Shown: in pieces, positions 39,601 through 54,600 of the stretch | Layout: every line of letters starts with the position of its first letter | Position numbering within the stretch: position 1 is the stretch's first letter | Assembly: GCF_964213995.1 (NCBI RefSeq) | Contig: NC_135824.1 | Coordinates: forward strand, 2,480,001-2,544,000 | DNA length: 64,000 nucleotides | From: Mustelus asterias | Lineage: Eukaryota | Direction: 5' to 3' | Program-made: the position numbers and the translations under genes | Notes under the pieces: model-generated | Seen by the model: the letters and a program-made list of their open reading frames with translations, nothing else | The model's database searches: none | Told to the model about the DNA's origin: nothing

Positions 39601-42600
39601 GGGGAGGAAACCGGAGCACCTGGAGGAAAACCATGCAGACGTGGGGGAAATCGTGCAAACTCCACACAGACAGTGACCCAAGCCAGGAATTGAACCCGGG
39701 TCCCTGGCGCTGTGAGACAGCAGTGCTAACCATTGTGCCAATGTGCCGCCTGAAATGTTAACAGATATCTTAGTGCTTTAATAATGCAAGCTGTTTTATT
39801 TTGTTTGTATCTATCATAGTGTTAGAGATACTTGATTCCATGTTGAGCTCTGCAATCTAGAAGTACATGGCTAAGGCCTTCATTCTAGAATACAGAGAAA
39901 ACATGTTGAGAGAGTTTGAAGAAGAAAGAAGCATCTGTCTCAAACATTGAAATACAAAATGAGATTGTGTCAATACATTTATTCTGCTTCTAGACTCTGT
40001 GACCAAGAAAACAAAGGGATGTTAAAGGAGCCCATGCTGTATGAGGTAATCTACTTGAACAATTTTAGTATTTTATTTTCTCCAGTGCACCTCTTGCATG
40101 ATCCAGCTCCATAGTACTGTGTCTACTATGTTCCACTCTCTCACTTCATGCACAACCAGACCCCCCATCTCCAGTGGCTTTATATTCTTGAACTTGATCA
40201 ACGCATTTCAGTAGTGGATCAATACAGTGCACCTATTGGACCCAGTAACAGCACATGCTCATTGTACAGTGCTCCTATACAACTGAAACTTTAACCTTCT
40301 AAATCATGGTTAAAGTAAGCTTATGATGAAAGTAAGGAGGTGTGGGATGGAGGGAAAGTTGGCCGATTGGATAGGTAACTGGCTATCTGATCGAAGACAG
40401 AGGGTGGTGGTGGATGGAAAATTTTCGGACTGGCGGCAGGTTGTTAGCGGAGTGCCACAGGGATCAGAGCTTGGTCCTCTGCTATTTGTGATTTTTATTA
40501 ATGACTTGGAAGAGGGGGTTGAAGGGTGGATCAGTAAATTTGCTGATGACACCAAGATTGGTGGAGTAGTGGATGAGGTGGAGGGCTGTTGTAGACTGCA
40601 AAGAGACATAGATAGGATGCAAAGCTGGGCTGAAAAATGGCAGATGGAGTTTAACCCTGATAAATATGAGGTGATTCATTTTGGTAGGACAAATTTAAAT
40701 GTGGATTACAGGGTCAAAGGTAGGGTTCTGAAGACTGTGGAGGAACAGAGAGATCTTGGGGTCCATATCCACAGATCTCTGAAGATTGCCACTCAAGTGG
40801 ATAGAGCTGTGAAGAAGGCCTATGGTGTGTTAGCTTTTATTAACAGGGGGTTGGAGTTTAAGAGCCGTGGGGTTATGCTGCAACTGTACAGGACCTTGGT
40901 GAGACCACATTTGGAATATTGTGTGCAGTTCTGGTCACCTCACTATAAGAAGGATGTGGAAGCGCTGGAAGGAGTGCAGAGGAGATTTACCAGGATGCTG
41001 CCTGGTTTGGAGGGTAGGTCTTATGAGGAAAGGTTGAGGGAGCTAGGGCTGTCCTCTCTGGAGTGGAGGAGGTTGAGGGGAGACTTAATAGAGGTTTATA
41101 AAATGATGAAGGGGATAGATAGAGTGAACGTTCAAAGACTATTTCCTTGAGTGGATGGAGCTATTACAAGGGGCATAACTATAGGGTTCATGGTGGGAGA
41201 TATAGGAAGGATGTCCAAGGTAGGTTCTTTACGCAGAGAGTGGTTGGGGTGTGGAATGGACTGCCTGCAGTGATAGTGGAGTCAGACACTTTAGGAACAT
41301 TTAAGCGGTTATTGAATAGGCACATGGAGCACTCCAGGATGATAGGGAGTGGGATAGCTTGATCTTAGTTTCAGATAAAGCTCAGCACAACATCGTGGGC
41401 CGAAGGGCCTGTTCTGTGCTGTACTGTTCTATGTTCTATGTCTATGTCTAAAGAAGTAGTTTTTTTTAGTCTCCTTCCCTAGATGTGTCTTTGTATTATT
41501 CCCCTGGGAGTTACCAATGGGCTTTACTGCCATTCAGATTCTGGGAGGCAATGGCACAGTGATATTGTCGCTGCACTAACAATCTACAGACCTCGGGAAA
41601 TGATCTAGGAACCTGGGTTCGAATCCCACCATGGCAGATGGTGAAATTTGAATCTTGAAAATATCTGCAATTAAAAGTCTAATGATGATTATGAAACCAT
41701 TGTTGGTTATTGTGGGGGGAAAAACAAACAACTGGTTCACTAATGGCCTTTAGAGAAGCAAACCTATCATCCTTACCTGGTCTGGCCTACATGTGACTCC
41801 AGACCCACAGCAATGTGGTTGACTCTGTTCAAGGGCAATTAGGGATGGGCAATAAATCCTGGCCCAGCCAGCAACACCCAGATTCCAAAAACGAATTTAA
41901 AAAATACACGTGAACTCTGCCTGCTGTGACCACCCTGACATTTCTTCTGCTTTCACCTCTCCATTATGTCACAATGTGTCTTGTACAATGTGATTGAAAT
42001 TTAGAATTTATTATAAAGGAAATTACCTGTGTCCATCTTTGTTTTGCTGCTCTCACATATCAAAGTAGAGCATCAATGTACTGTGCTAACTTCCTATCCC
42101 TCTACCAGTACTGTGTTTTCAATTGTTTGTGGATAGGTTAGACTTAATTTAGTTTGAGATTTTCACTCTTTTCTGGGGTATCTTTTAGGATGATGTCCAA
42201 GTGCATATTGTAAGTGAAGTGAAAAAAAGTCCCTTGCAAGCTTTCTGGAAGGAGAATGTGCCCATCTTTATAGCGGAGAAAGCAGTAAGTATGTAAAGTT
42301 AAGTAAAAAGTAATTCCATGATTTACTGAGACATGTTTACAGGAGGTTCACACGTGTCAATGGTGGGCTTCATGTGACATACTTTTGAGACCCGTTATCA
42401 TTCAAGATTGGAGTAAAGATATGCTTAATGGAGTGGTTTGACTTGATATCTGTGCTCTTTAGCTTCTCACTATTCCAGCAAGTTAAAAGAACTGCATCTG
42501 CATAATAACCATTTCTCAGTGATCCCTTGTTTCTGTGTTCTTTATTTGTTGAGATTTTCTGGCTATTTAGGGTAACGTTTTCATTTCCAGCCTACCTGGC

Positions 42601-45600
42601 AATGATTCATGGGGTACTGCAGGGATCAGCGCTAAGACCCCAGCTATTCACAATGCATATTAATGATTTAGATGAGGGAACTAAATGTAATATCTCCAAA
42701 TTTGCAGACGACACAAAGCTGGGTAGGAGGGTGAGCTGTGAGGAGTTTGCAGAGATGCTTCAGTGTGATTTGGACAAGTTGAGTGAGTGGGCAAATGCAA
42801 GGCAGATGCAATGTAATGTGGATAAATGTGAAGTTATCCACTTTGGTAGCAAAAACAGGAAGGCAGATTATTATCTAAATGGCTACTAAGAGAGGGGAAT
42901 GTGTCCTTGTGCATCTTAAGCATGCAGGCACAGCAGGGGGTAAAGGCGAACGGTATGTTGGCCTTCATAGCAAAAGGTATGAAAGAGTACAGGAGCAGGG
43001 ATGTGTTGCTGCAATTATACTGGGTCTTGGTGAGACCACATCTGGAATATTGTGCAGAGCTTTGGTCTCCTTATTTAAGGAAGGATGCTCTTGCTATAGA
43101 GGGAGTGTGGTGAAGGTTTACAAACCGATTCCTGGGATGGTGAGACTGATGTACGAGGAGAGATTGAGAATTATATTCGCTGGAGTTTAGAAGAATGAAG
43201 GGGGAATCTCCTAGAAACCTATAAAACTGAGACAGATTGAATGCAGAAAGGATGTTCTCGATTGTGTCCAGAACCAGGGGTCGTAGTCTAAGGATATGGG
43301 TAGGGTAAACCTTTTAGGACTGAAATGAGGAGAAATTTCTTTACCCACAGAGTGGTGAGCCTGTGGAATGCATTACCACAGAAAGCAGTTGAGATCAAAA
43401 CATTGTATGTTTTCAATAAGGAGTTAGATACAGCACTTGGAGCGAAGGGAATCAAAGGATATGGGGGAGAAGGCGGGATCAGGTTATTGAGTTGGATGAT
43501 CAGCCATAATCATAATGAATAGTGGAGCAGATCTGAAGGGCCGAATGGCCTACTCCAGCTCCTATTTTCTACATTTCAATGTTTCATTCTTGTTGTCTTT
43601 CTAATTTGGGTTGCTGCTTTGCTAAATTTGAATTTATTTTTCTATCAATGAATGAGAGCAATTAAGCATTGGAGTTAGTGCCCTATCACAGCTGCGGATT
43701 GCTGATCGGAAGAAACAGAATATGAGATAAAAACTCTAAAAGGAGTGGTAGGAATATATTAAATACAAGAAGAAAGAACTGAGCATTAATGGAAGTAAAA
43801 TTACTGCAATTTTTAATGAGCATTATAATATAGACCTGAAGAAATCCATTTGATGACTTGAGTTGGCAGAATCTTTAGCAAAGCGATGTTGAACTAGCCT
43901 CAGTATCAATATTTTAGAGAGGATAAAAATGGCCTGGGTTTCGTGCAGCTGATTCCTACCTGTTGCTGATACTAAATTGCTTGCATGTAAACATCTAGTC
44001 AGAAGAGGACTGGTGTGGGCTTTGGTGCCTCTACAAGTTGAATAGCCACTGATGATCACTGTTTAGGGTCACACTTGAAGGAGTTTGGGAATTCTGAGTC
44101 TTTATGTGTGGCATGGCTTTAAACAGAACTATCCCTCTTGATGAGCTTTGCAACCATGCTGCCATTGTATTATTTTCAATTGATTGGCCTGACTGCAGTT
44201 CTCTCTATTTGCAGCCAGTTAAAGTAGATGAGGACCACATGGAAGACTCCTATAATAATGAAACCAACGATCTATCATCTAGCAAGTTAGAAGAGAATAT
44301 GGGGCCTTTGCCGCTCTCTGTCATGAAGGCAAGGTAATCAGCAAAGTAACGACCAAGCTAGTAATCTATATACTGGATATATTTAGATTTAGAAGAACTG
44401 GATTCTTGTGGCCAACAGTTTTGCAAAAATGCTGTTCATCGTTCCGATTTTCTACCCAAATAAAGCGCACTTTGAGATTTAAGAAAAACCAATGTTGGTT
44501 CCTTGAGATGGCTCTGTGAATTATATTAGAATATTAACTGTATGCTCTCCCTCTTCAATCCCCTCCCTATACAACTCAAAAATAAAAAATTTTTCAAGAA
44601 TAATTTCTTCATAACTTAAACTGAGAACTGTATGTTAAGGGAGAAATCGCGTAACTACTGTGATTTCTTAAAGATGATCTGATTTCTTCACTTTGGTTAA
44701 TGACTTGATTATTTGGTACTTGGGGGTTAAATTACATCTAAAAAATGAGAAGAGCCGTACCAAAGACAGATTACATTACATCGCACTGATTGTTGGTGAT
44801 AACCACATTGAAGGATTAATGGAAGTAAAATAACTGCAATTTTTAATGAGCATTACGTGCTGGGATGAAAGTGAGAGATCAGTTTTAACACAGTTCTCAA
44901 GTGTAAGTCAATCTGCAGTGGAATAATAGCCATAATTTCACCTGTAAATGTTTAATGTGATAAGGCATAATGTTGGAACAGAAAATGGGGATCTTTACTC
45001 TGCACCTGACCTGGGAAGTCTCCAGATCTCTAATAGTTGCCAGAACTGGAACAGCTTTTCATTTTTAATGATAGCCTTTCTTTTTGATATGTGCAAAAAT
45101 TCATCTGACTACTTGACAAGGTGCCGCATAGGAGACTGTTAAATAAGTTAAGTGCTCATGATGTTAAGGGTAAGATCCTGGCATGGATAGAGGATTGGTT
45201 GACTGGCAGAAGGCAGAGAGTGGGGATAAAGGGGTCTTTTTCAGGATGGCAGCCGGTGACTAGTGGTGTGCCTCGGCGGTCACTGCTGGGACCACAACTT
45301 TACACAATATACATTAACGATTTGGAAGAAGGAACTGAAGGCACTGTTGCTAAGTTTGCAAATAATACAAAGGTATGTAGAGGAACAGGTAGTATTGAGG
45401 AAGCAGGGGGGCTGCAGAAGGACTTGGACAGATTAGGAGAGTGGGCAAAGAAGTGGCAGATGGAATACAATGTGGAAAAGTGTGAGGTTATGCACTTTGG
45501 AAGGAGGAATGGAGGCATAGACTATTTTCTAAATGGGGAAATGCTTAAGAAGTCAGAAACACAAAGGGACTTGGGAATCATTGTTCAAGATTCTCTTCAG

Positions 45601-48600
45601 GTTAATGTGCAGGTTCAGTCAGCAGTTAGGAAGGCAAATGCAATGTTAGCATTCATGTTGAGAGGGCTAGAATACAAGAGCAGGGATTTACTTCTGAGGC
45701 TGTATAAGGCTCTGGTCAGACCTCATTTGGAGTATTGTGAGCAGTTTTGGGCCCCGTATCTAAGGAAGGATGTGCTCGCCTTGGAAAGGGTCCAGAGGAG
45801 GTTCACACGAATGATCCCTGGAATGAAGAGCTTGTCATTTGAGGAACGGCTGAGGACTCTGGGTCTGTACCCTTGGAATTTAGAAGGATGAGGGAGGATC
45901 TTATTGAAACTTAAAAGGATACTGCGAGGCTTGGATAGAGTGGACTTGGAGAGGATGTTTCTACTAGTAGGAAAAACTAGAACCAGAGGGCACAACCTCA
46001 GGCTAAAGGGACGATCCTTTAAAACAGAGATGTGGAGGAATTTCGTCAGCCAGAGAGTGGTGAGTCTGTGGAACTCTTTGCCGCAGAAGGCTGCAGAGGC
46101 CAGGTTATTGAGTGTCTTTAAGACAGAGATAGATAGGTTCTTGATTAATAATGGGATATGGGGTTATGGGGAAAAGTCAGGAGAATGGGAATGAGAAAAA
46201 TATCAGCCATGATTGAATGGTGGAGCCGAGTGGCCTAATTCTGCTGCTATATCTTATGGTCTTAATGCCAATTATGTTGACATTTTTTGAAATCTCTAAT
46301 GCTTATCCATTTTTTCCCGATTTGTAGACAGTTGGTTTCCTGGTACACATTGGCTCATAATCCACATATGTCCCAGGTGGTCAACTGCAGTGCACCTACT
46401 GCCTTTCCTGTGCTGTGGGTGCGATGTGATGGCTCTGACCCTGAGGGTACTGTTTGGTTGGGAGCTGAACCCGTGAAAACAGGGAAGGAGATTACATCAA
46501 TAGTCTTCCATATAGTCACGTGCACTGGTAAGATGTCAAAATTTTAAAAAGAGTTGTGTTAACCATGAGTTTAGTCATTTATACTGGGACGCTGTAATTG
46601 CAGCCTGATAAAGTTATACTTGACAGTTTTCATTTTAAATATGGACATTGGAGTTTATAATGGAAGTGTAAAAATAAGGACAGAATATGACGTGACTTTA
46701 AAATGAAGCTATAGTGGCTGGTCCGATAGACCCTCACCTAACAAAGTTCCAGCTAAAGCTCACATTTGAATTTGGCTCCCTGTGTGAAATACTATGAGCC
46801 ATCAACCATATTTTATATATTGAATAATTGAACTCTGGAAGAACAACTCTATGAACTATTGTATATAGCATAATATAGTATATATACACACAACTATAGT
46901 ACTACATGCTGTTGTAAAAAATCCTTATGTGGTTGTTTTTTCTGTCTTGTCAATATTAGATAGGATTTGAATATATGCAACGGATTACAGGCCTAGTGAC
47001 TTTCTACGTTTTGAACATTTAAGTTTATTGTGGAGAGAGCTAGACCAGCTTTGCATTTGAACACTATTTTCAAAGTGTTATTTCTCATTATTTTAGGACC
47101 GATTGTCGACAAGAGCTCTTTCGCAAGCACAGAAAGATTGAAGACTGCCCATAAGAATAGACATTCCTGTTCTGCTGTAGGTATTCCAATTTTTTTCTCC
47201 CACCCAACCCCCATCAGTTATAAATAGCTTTGCTAAATCTGAAAAATTCTAAAATCAAACAAATGATATTTATATAGGATTTTAACATAATAAAATGACC
47301 TAAGGTGCCTCAACAATGTTAGGACTGATGGCCAGAAGCTTAGCTAAAGAGAGAGGTTTTGAGGAACGTCTTAAAGGAAGAAATAGAGGCAGAGAATTTT
47401 GGAGCTTAAGGCAGCTGAAGGCTCATCCATCAATAGTGGAACGATTAAAATCAAGGATGCCCAAGAGGACAGAATTTGATGAACATGGATCCCTCTGGGT
47501 GTTGTAAGGCTGGAGGAGATTACAGATATAAGGAGGGGCCATGCCAGAGAGGGTTTTGAAAACCAGGATGAGAAATTGAAGCATTGCTTGAGCTGCAGCT
47601 ATTGTCGTTGAGCTGCAATGGGTTGAAACTTAATTCATATAAAGATGTGGGCAACAGAGTTTTGAGTGACCTCAAATTTGTGAAGGATAGAATGTGGAAG
47701 GCTAACCAGGAACATATTGGAATAGTCAAGTCTAGAGGTAATAATGGCTTGAATAAAAAAATCATCATTAGGTAAGCTAAGGCAGGGACAAAGTCGAGCA
47801 ATGCTACACAGATGGAAATAGATGGTCTTAGTGAAGGTGTGGATATCTGTTTGGAAGTGCCTCACAAAAGCAGAAAATGTTAGAAATTTCAGTAGTCTGC
47901 CATATCTGAAAAGAGATGATTAAGGCTATTGGTACTACACCTTCGTTGTAAGGGACTTACAAAAGGTAGTAAATTAAATGTTCATCTGGGCTTTCTCTTT
48001 CAGGTGCTGATATCTACCATTTTCTACTTTTATTAGGTTTCTCCTCCTGGTTTTCTAATTCATGACCTCGACCCTCCCTATCTCATCATCTTCTCAAGCC
48101 CCACAACCCTCTGAGATATTTATGCTCATCTAATTCTGGCCCCTTGAGCTGATTTTAATTGCTCCAACTTTGAGGTGGAATTTTACTGCTTTGTCACGTT
48201 GGGGGCAGGACAGTAAAATGTGGTGAGTCATTCAAAAGTTTGTTAACTTTGGCAGGACCAGAAAACCCTGCCGGTAGGAGAGGCCATAAAATTTTACCTC
48301 AGCTGTCTGGGTGGGTTCTGGAATTCCCTCCATAAACCTCTCTACCTCTCTCTCATTCTTTTGACATACTTTTAAAAATCTACCTCTTTGACCAAGGTTC
48401 TGATCATCTGCCCTAGTGTCACCTTAAGTGACTTAGGTATTTTGTTAGGTTAAAGACACCATCTAAGTTGTTATTTTCAGTAACTGCTATTGAATTTTTC
48501 TGAACTAATATTTTGGATTGTAGGAGTGTGAGCATCATTACCTCAGTATTTTGAAGCAACAAATGAATTCTGGGATTATAAAAGTACTTGGAAACTTCCC

Positions 48601-51600
48601 AATATCTGAATTATCTATTTGTATCTGTGTATCTGCAATTACAAACACTGATGGTGTCTGATCACAGATGTAGGTCAAAGGAGGAAGAGAGCAAACGGCT
48701 AGAAATAGAGCTTGGGCCATTCTGCGTCAATGTGTAAATATAACTCATTGTGGCTGACAAGAATCAATAGTGGAGGCATCCCTGCTCTCTTGGCAAGAAT
48801 ATATGATGTGAAAAATCTTAAAAGAGAGTGCAGGGAAATGTATTTAATTTGGGTGGAAAAGTATTTGGTTACAACTGTACTTATTTTTAAAGTGTAATGG
48901 CTTTTTGCCTTGATTCAGGTAATGACCAAGGGCTATGCACAGTATGACCTGTTTGGTGCCTCTGTATTAGAGAATACAATTATGGAGTCCCAGAGTAACA
49001 TTATGGTGGATTTAGCTTGGAATAATGTGGAGAAAATCTTAGAAATTCCACCACTCAGATCCATTGCTACGCTGGTAAGGAAAACAAACTTTGATACTTG
49101 CTGATTTTACTGCACACATCATTATACAAATGAGGACAGATGTCTGCACACACACTGATAGCATATTCTCTGATTTTTGGAGACAGTTTTGTCGTCTTTC
49201 TTTTTGAAAGTCTCCAGATACCATGTGATTGCTTGTCCAGAGACGGACAGCTGACCAATCCAAGGTTTCAGCCAATGGAGCTGTAAATTCTGTTCAGCCA
49301 TTGGAAGATTGTTGTCCATGGTGATAACCTCTAATTTTTCTCTGCCTATCTCAGTGTGGGGAGATCTGCACTGTGTTCCTAAACTTGTTCTTGGCTGAGT
49401 CACAAGGGTTTTTAAAAATCCTTTCATGGGATGTGGTACGGTCAGCATTTGCTGCCCATCCCTAATTGCCCTTGAGAGGGTGGTGGTGAGTCACCTTCTT
49501 GAACCGCTGCTATCCATGTGGTATAGGTATACTCACAGTTCTGAGTTCTGCGGTGTTGGATAAAGGAAAGTGTTTCTGTGCTGGAGAGAGAGAGTTACTC
49601 CTGGCCTTGTCTCTTGAATCCTTCGAGAATCAGTTGCACAGTAGCATTGTTAGATATTTGGAAACCAGCTCCCTGCTTGATTTTTAAAAAAATATATGTT
49701 TTTATAAAGGAGTCTTTGTAGAACGCTTTGTGTGTGTTCCCATTTTACCTAATGTATTGCCAGATCTCTGTTTATTTTCGGCTTTGGGTTAATCTGATTC
49801 CTATTTGAAGGTTGTATGTTCAAGTTTGGCTTTATTTTTCTGTGCCAACTAAGTCCCATAAATTAAATGCTGCACACAAATATTGGACAAAAAAAGGGAA
49901 TTAATATCTTCATACAAATGAAATGAAAGCTGATTTACAGAAGTGTTGATGACATATGCATGGATTGCAGGTACAAGTATTCATACAAGCCTCCTATAGT
50001 CTGACAAGGATTGGCCCCCAAAAAATTCAAGGGGAGTTAATTAAGCTTATCACAATGCCATCCAATTGAGTTCTGAAAAACTCTGATAATTTTGCTTCTA
50101 TGAGTTACCTTCTGGTAGGCTTTTCTAAATGTTCTATACTTAGCTTACCAGCTAGTAGTATTTGATATATTTTGATGTTATTTAAATTTTTTCCAGATTG
50201 ATGTAATTTTAATATTTTGCACAAGAATGAGAACTTTTGAAATAATAAATCGGTGATTTCACTTCAATAGTTTGTTCGATCCAAGTCTGAGCTGTATACT
50301 GCAGCCCAGAAATGGGGTTAAGGACCTTGATGTACAAGTTTAGGTTTACCTTCCAAATTCACAGTAGTCGGTTAGATTGAATTGGCCTATTTTGCATTGT
50401 GCTTTTGCTACAGTTTTATCCCCCTTGTTTTTGTGGTTGTTTAGAATATCAAAGTGGAACCTGGAGACATGAGAAGTCCTGTTATTCAAATATATAAGGA
50501 GCTAGAATTTCTCCTTGTAAGTATTTACTTTAAATAAATATGGCATTTATAAAGTTCTTTCACAAGTTGATTTTTAAATTCGTAATTGTAAAGATGTATT
50601 CCAGTGGATTGCAACCTGAATACATTTCTTGTTTTAAGCAAACATTTCATAAATGTTTCTGTAGTGTGATCTTGGGTCACAAAATCTGAAAGCTTCTCTT
50701 TATGATGAGGCATACAAGGTTGTTTTACATTGCACACCAAGGAAGTATCCCTCTGTGGTAGTATATGTGGGACCTGGGTGCCTTTAGGCATATAATTCTT
50801 TCTACGTTTGTCTAAAGTTTTGAACTTCCTTTTGTTTAATTTAATATGTAATTTTAAAAGCATTACTTTAAGTTTGCATTGGTAGTAAAATTGGAACTTT
50901 AGCAATCACCAATTTCTTTTTCCTTTTAAAAAAATGTTTGTAGTTTAGTTGTATCTGTTCTTCTTTAACAAAGCAACTCTCCAGCTCTCTTCTGAAGTAT
51001 CGGGGTGCAAGTTTGCTGAAGAAAGTCTGTGTCTCCTGAGAGTGCCATATGCTTGACTTAATGATCCCTAAATAGTGTCTTTAATCTGCATGCTGAAATA
51101 AATAATCCAGTTCAAGGTTCTTCACCCCACTCAATTCAAAATTAATTGGTTGGCCCACCCTCCCCTAGGAGCTCACAGAGAACGGCACTTGATCGGTGCA
51201 GATATAGCCCAGCAAAAGTACACCGGTAAGGATGACTAGGATTTTCCGACCCTATCATGACAAAGCCCATCGTGGGGGATGTGGCTTTCCAGTCAAAAAT
51301 CCATTGACATTTAATGGAACTGGAAGATCCCTGTGGCAGGTGGAGCCAGAAAATCCCAGCCGATGAGAAGAAATAAGAAAGAATTGCAATTATATAGCAC
51401 CTTTCATAAGCAGCAGCCATCTGAAAGCACTTTACAGCCAATTTGATTGTTGCTGTTGCTTGTAATTACTCCTACCATGTTCGTCTATCTTGTGCCATCA
51501 TCAAAAATCCACTGTAGGCCATTTGCAATCGCTAATGCTGATTGAGAGATAAATATTTCCCAAAACACCGATAATAATTTTCCTGCCAATCTTCAAAAGA

Positions 51601-54600
51601 GTACGGTGGGATCTTTTGTGTTTATCTGAGAAGGTTACCGGGGCCCGGTTTAATGACTCACCCAAAAGACAGCACTTCTGACAGTACAGCACTCCCTCAG
51701 TGCTGCACTGGAGTCTCAGCCTAGATTTTTGTGTCCAAACCCTGGAGTGAGACTTGAACCCTGAAACTCAAAAAAGCGAGAGTGCTACCAATTTTAACCT
51801 AACCTTGATTGGGATGTGAACGTTGCTGGCCAGGCCATCCTTAATTGCCTGTGAACTAAGTGGCTTGCTTGGCCACTTCGGAGGAAAGTTAAGAGTCAAC
51901 TACGTTGCTATGGGTCTGGAGTCGCACATAGGTCAGACAAGGTACGGTTGGCAGATTTCCTTTCCCAAAGAACGTAGAGAAGCAGATTTTTTTTTTACAA
52001 CAATAGATAACAGTTTTATGACACCTTTACTGAAACTAGCTTTCAATTAATTAATTGAATTTAAATTCTACAAGGTACCATGATGGGATGTGAACCCATG
52101 TCCTGAGGACAGAGCCTGCTCCTCTGGATTATTAGATATTACTGGATTACTGACATTAACACTGCCACCATCTCCCCTGGCTGAACCACAGCTGATACAA
52201 AGGGGTAAAACTTTAGGGAGAAAGGATTGGGAAGAGATTTAAAAAATAAACAAATTTAAAACTTGAATGTTCTTAGAGATGTTAAACATATGCATGTTTT
52301 GATTGAATGACCTAGTTTCTGCTGTGTTGTTTAACAGGTTTTAGCTCAAGGTTTGAAAACAGGTGAAACAGAGTGGCCAGAAGTGTTAGAAGAAAAATCT
52401 GCAGTTACTCTTGTGCAGGAGTTAATTGAAGGTACACACTTTTCACATTTGAACAATATCAGCTATAAAATTTAGACTATTTTAGGCTGGATACTCTACA
52501 GTCAACAGTAGGATTGCCAAGTTATCTGTGAGCTCAATTTACTCTTTACCAGACAGTAATCATGTCCACAACATATAAGACTGGCAAGGTTGTTTTCCAC
52601 AAAGCATTGTGCCTGAAGTGGCATGTTAAATCCTTTCAAACATTTTCAATCAGAAGTAAAGCTTTCTTTTCTTGAGTGCTCATTAAAGTGAGCAAAGATG
52701 ATGCTGGAGAATAAAACACTCTCCCATTTTTTCCAATGACAATGACTGCGGTTTCATCCCCAGAAGTTTGGAGATGGGATGGAAAATTCCACACATTTGT
52801 TCATGTTAGAAATGGCATTTAATTCCCATCTCATATATGTTAATATGATTGGAGTAAAATAATTGGCTAAATTATACTGAAAGTTATGAAAATGTACATA
52901 TACTATAATATGGGGATACACTTTGGGAGTTGCTTCTACTATGAATAGACATTTACATTTCACTGTTTGTTTTCATGTCTGATACAGAGCTAAAGGACCA
53001 GCTCAATGCCTCTCAACAGCAGCCGAAGAGCAAGGAGACTGAGGTAAGATCTGTTGGTGGGAAAACCTGTTGGTGGGAAAAGATATGGGAAATGTAACTT
53101 TACCTTTATTCTGTTAAGGGCAGGTTCTCTATAGGTAAACACTTGTTTGTATAACATCTGCAACATGTCAGCCATTCTTTCATTCCAGTAACGCCATGAC
53201 ACAGATAACCCCTAGTAAGGTCAACAGAATCTGGTCTCTTAGGGTGTACCTGCTGTGGTTCATTTTCCCAAAGCAATTGCAATAATTTCTAGTCAGTACT
53301 GGTCTACAGAGTTTTAGCTACATCATCAAGTGAAGTTGTACTAATGTAAGGGGATTTTGTTTGCAAAGGAATAATGCTAAGCAAATGTATGTTTGAGTCT
53401 CCAGTAATCTAGATTCAGATATGTTTGCAGTGTGTGATGAGAGAATGCTATCTTGGGTTTTGTTTGTGGCATTCTGTTAAAAGATAGTGAATGCAAATGA
53501 GCCAAGAAATATTTTGTTTAATTCATGTATTTAGGTTTCATAAGACTTAAAAAAATTAAATAGATAATTTAAAATGAGTTTGGAGAGAGTTCGGAGCATG
53601 CAAAAAAATTTAACTTCTCAATAGTTATTGTATCACGTTGCTGCTACTATGGATACAGGGCAGCATAGTGGTTAGTACTGCTGCCTCACAGCGCCATGGA
53701 CCTGGGTTCAATTTCTGGCTTGGGTCACTGTCAGTACGGAGTCCACACGTTCTCCCTGTGTCTGCGTAAGTTTCCTCCGGATGCTCCAGTGTCCTCCCAC
53801 AGTCCAAAAGACATGCTGGTTAGGTGCATTGGCCATGATAAATTCTCCCTCAGTGTACCTGAACAGGCGCCAGTGTGGCAACTAGGGGATTTTCACAGTA
53901 ACTTCATTGCAGTGTTAATGTAAGCCTACTTGCGACACTAATAAATAAACTTTAGACTTGTCAATTTGCACATAGTTATTTTGTGCAGGTTTTGAAGCTT
54001 TGCTTCATCAAAACTGACATCTGAACATTAAGAAACAGAAATTTGCAGCAGTGTGGGATTAATTGGATCATTTTAAAGCACGGGCACAATGTTTTTAATG
54101 GCCTCCTGTGCTATGACTCAATGTAACGTTATGTGTTCTGCCTTGCAGTAAGATAGCACCCAAGATTTATTTATGGTGGGTTAGTGTATTGTAAACCTAT
54201 TTAAGGATTTATGAGATGCTAATCATGGATTTTGGACCAACACTTTGTTTTTATTAAATTTATTTGTTTTAATATCAGAAATTAAGAAGTGATGTAGCCG
54301 CTGTTGAATCAACTATTCATGCATCATTTGCCCCTGAACGTGGAGATCTTGATTTTGCAGAGCAGCTTTGGACTAGAATGAGGAAAGGTATGTATGCCTG
54401 TGGGTCAGATCACCTCTGCAAGGAAGCACAGATATTGAGTATTGATGTCCAGTGGCACAGAGTGGGACAAATGCAGATCCTGTCTCTTATAGTGCCCTTA
54501 CCAAGAACAAGAGCTATGAATATAAATTATGGAAACTATAGAAGCAATTCTAACAAGGTAAGAGGCAGTTTCCTGATTCAGTAGGGGGCTCATGACTTTG

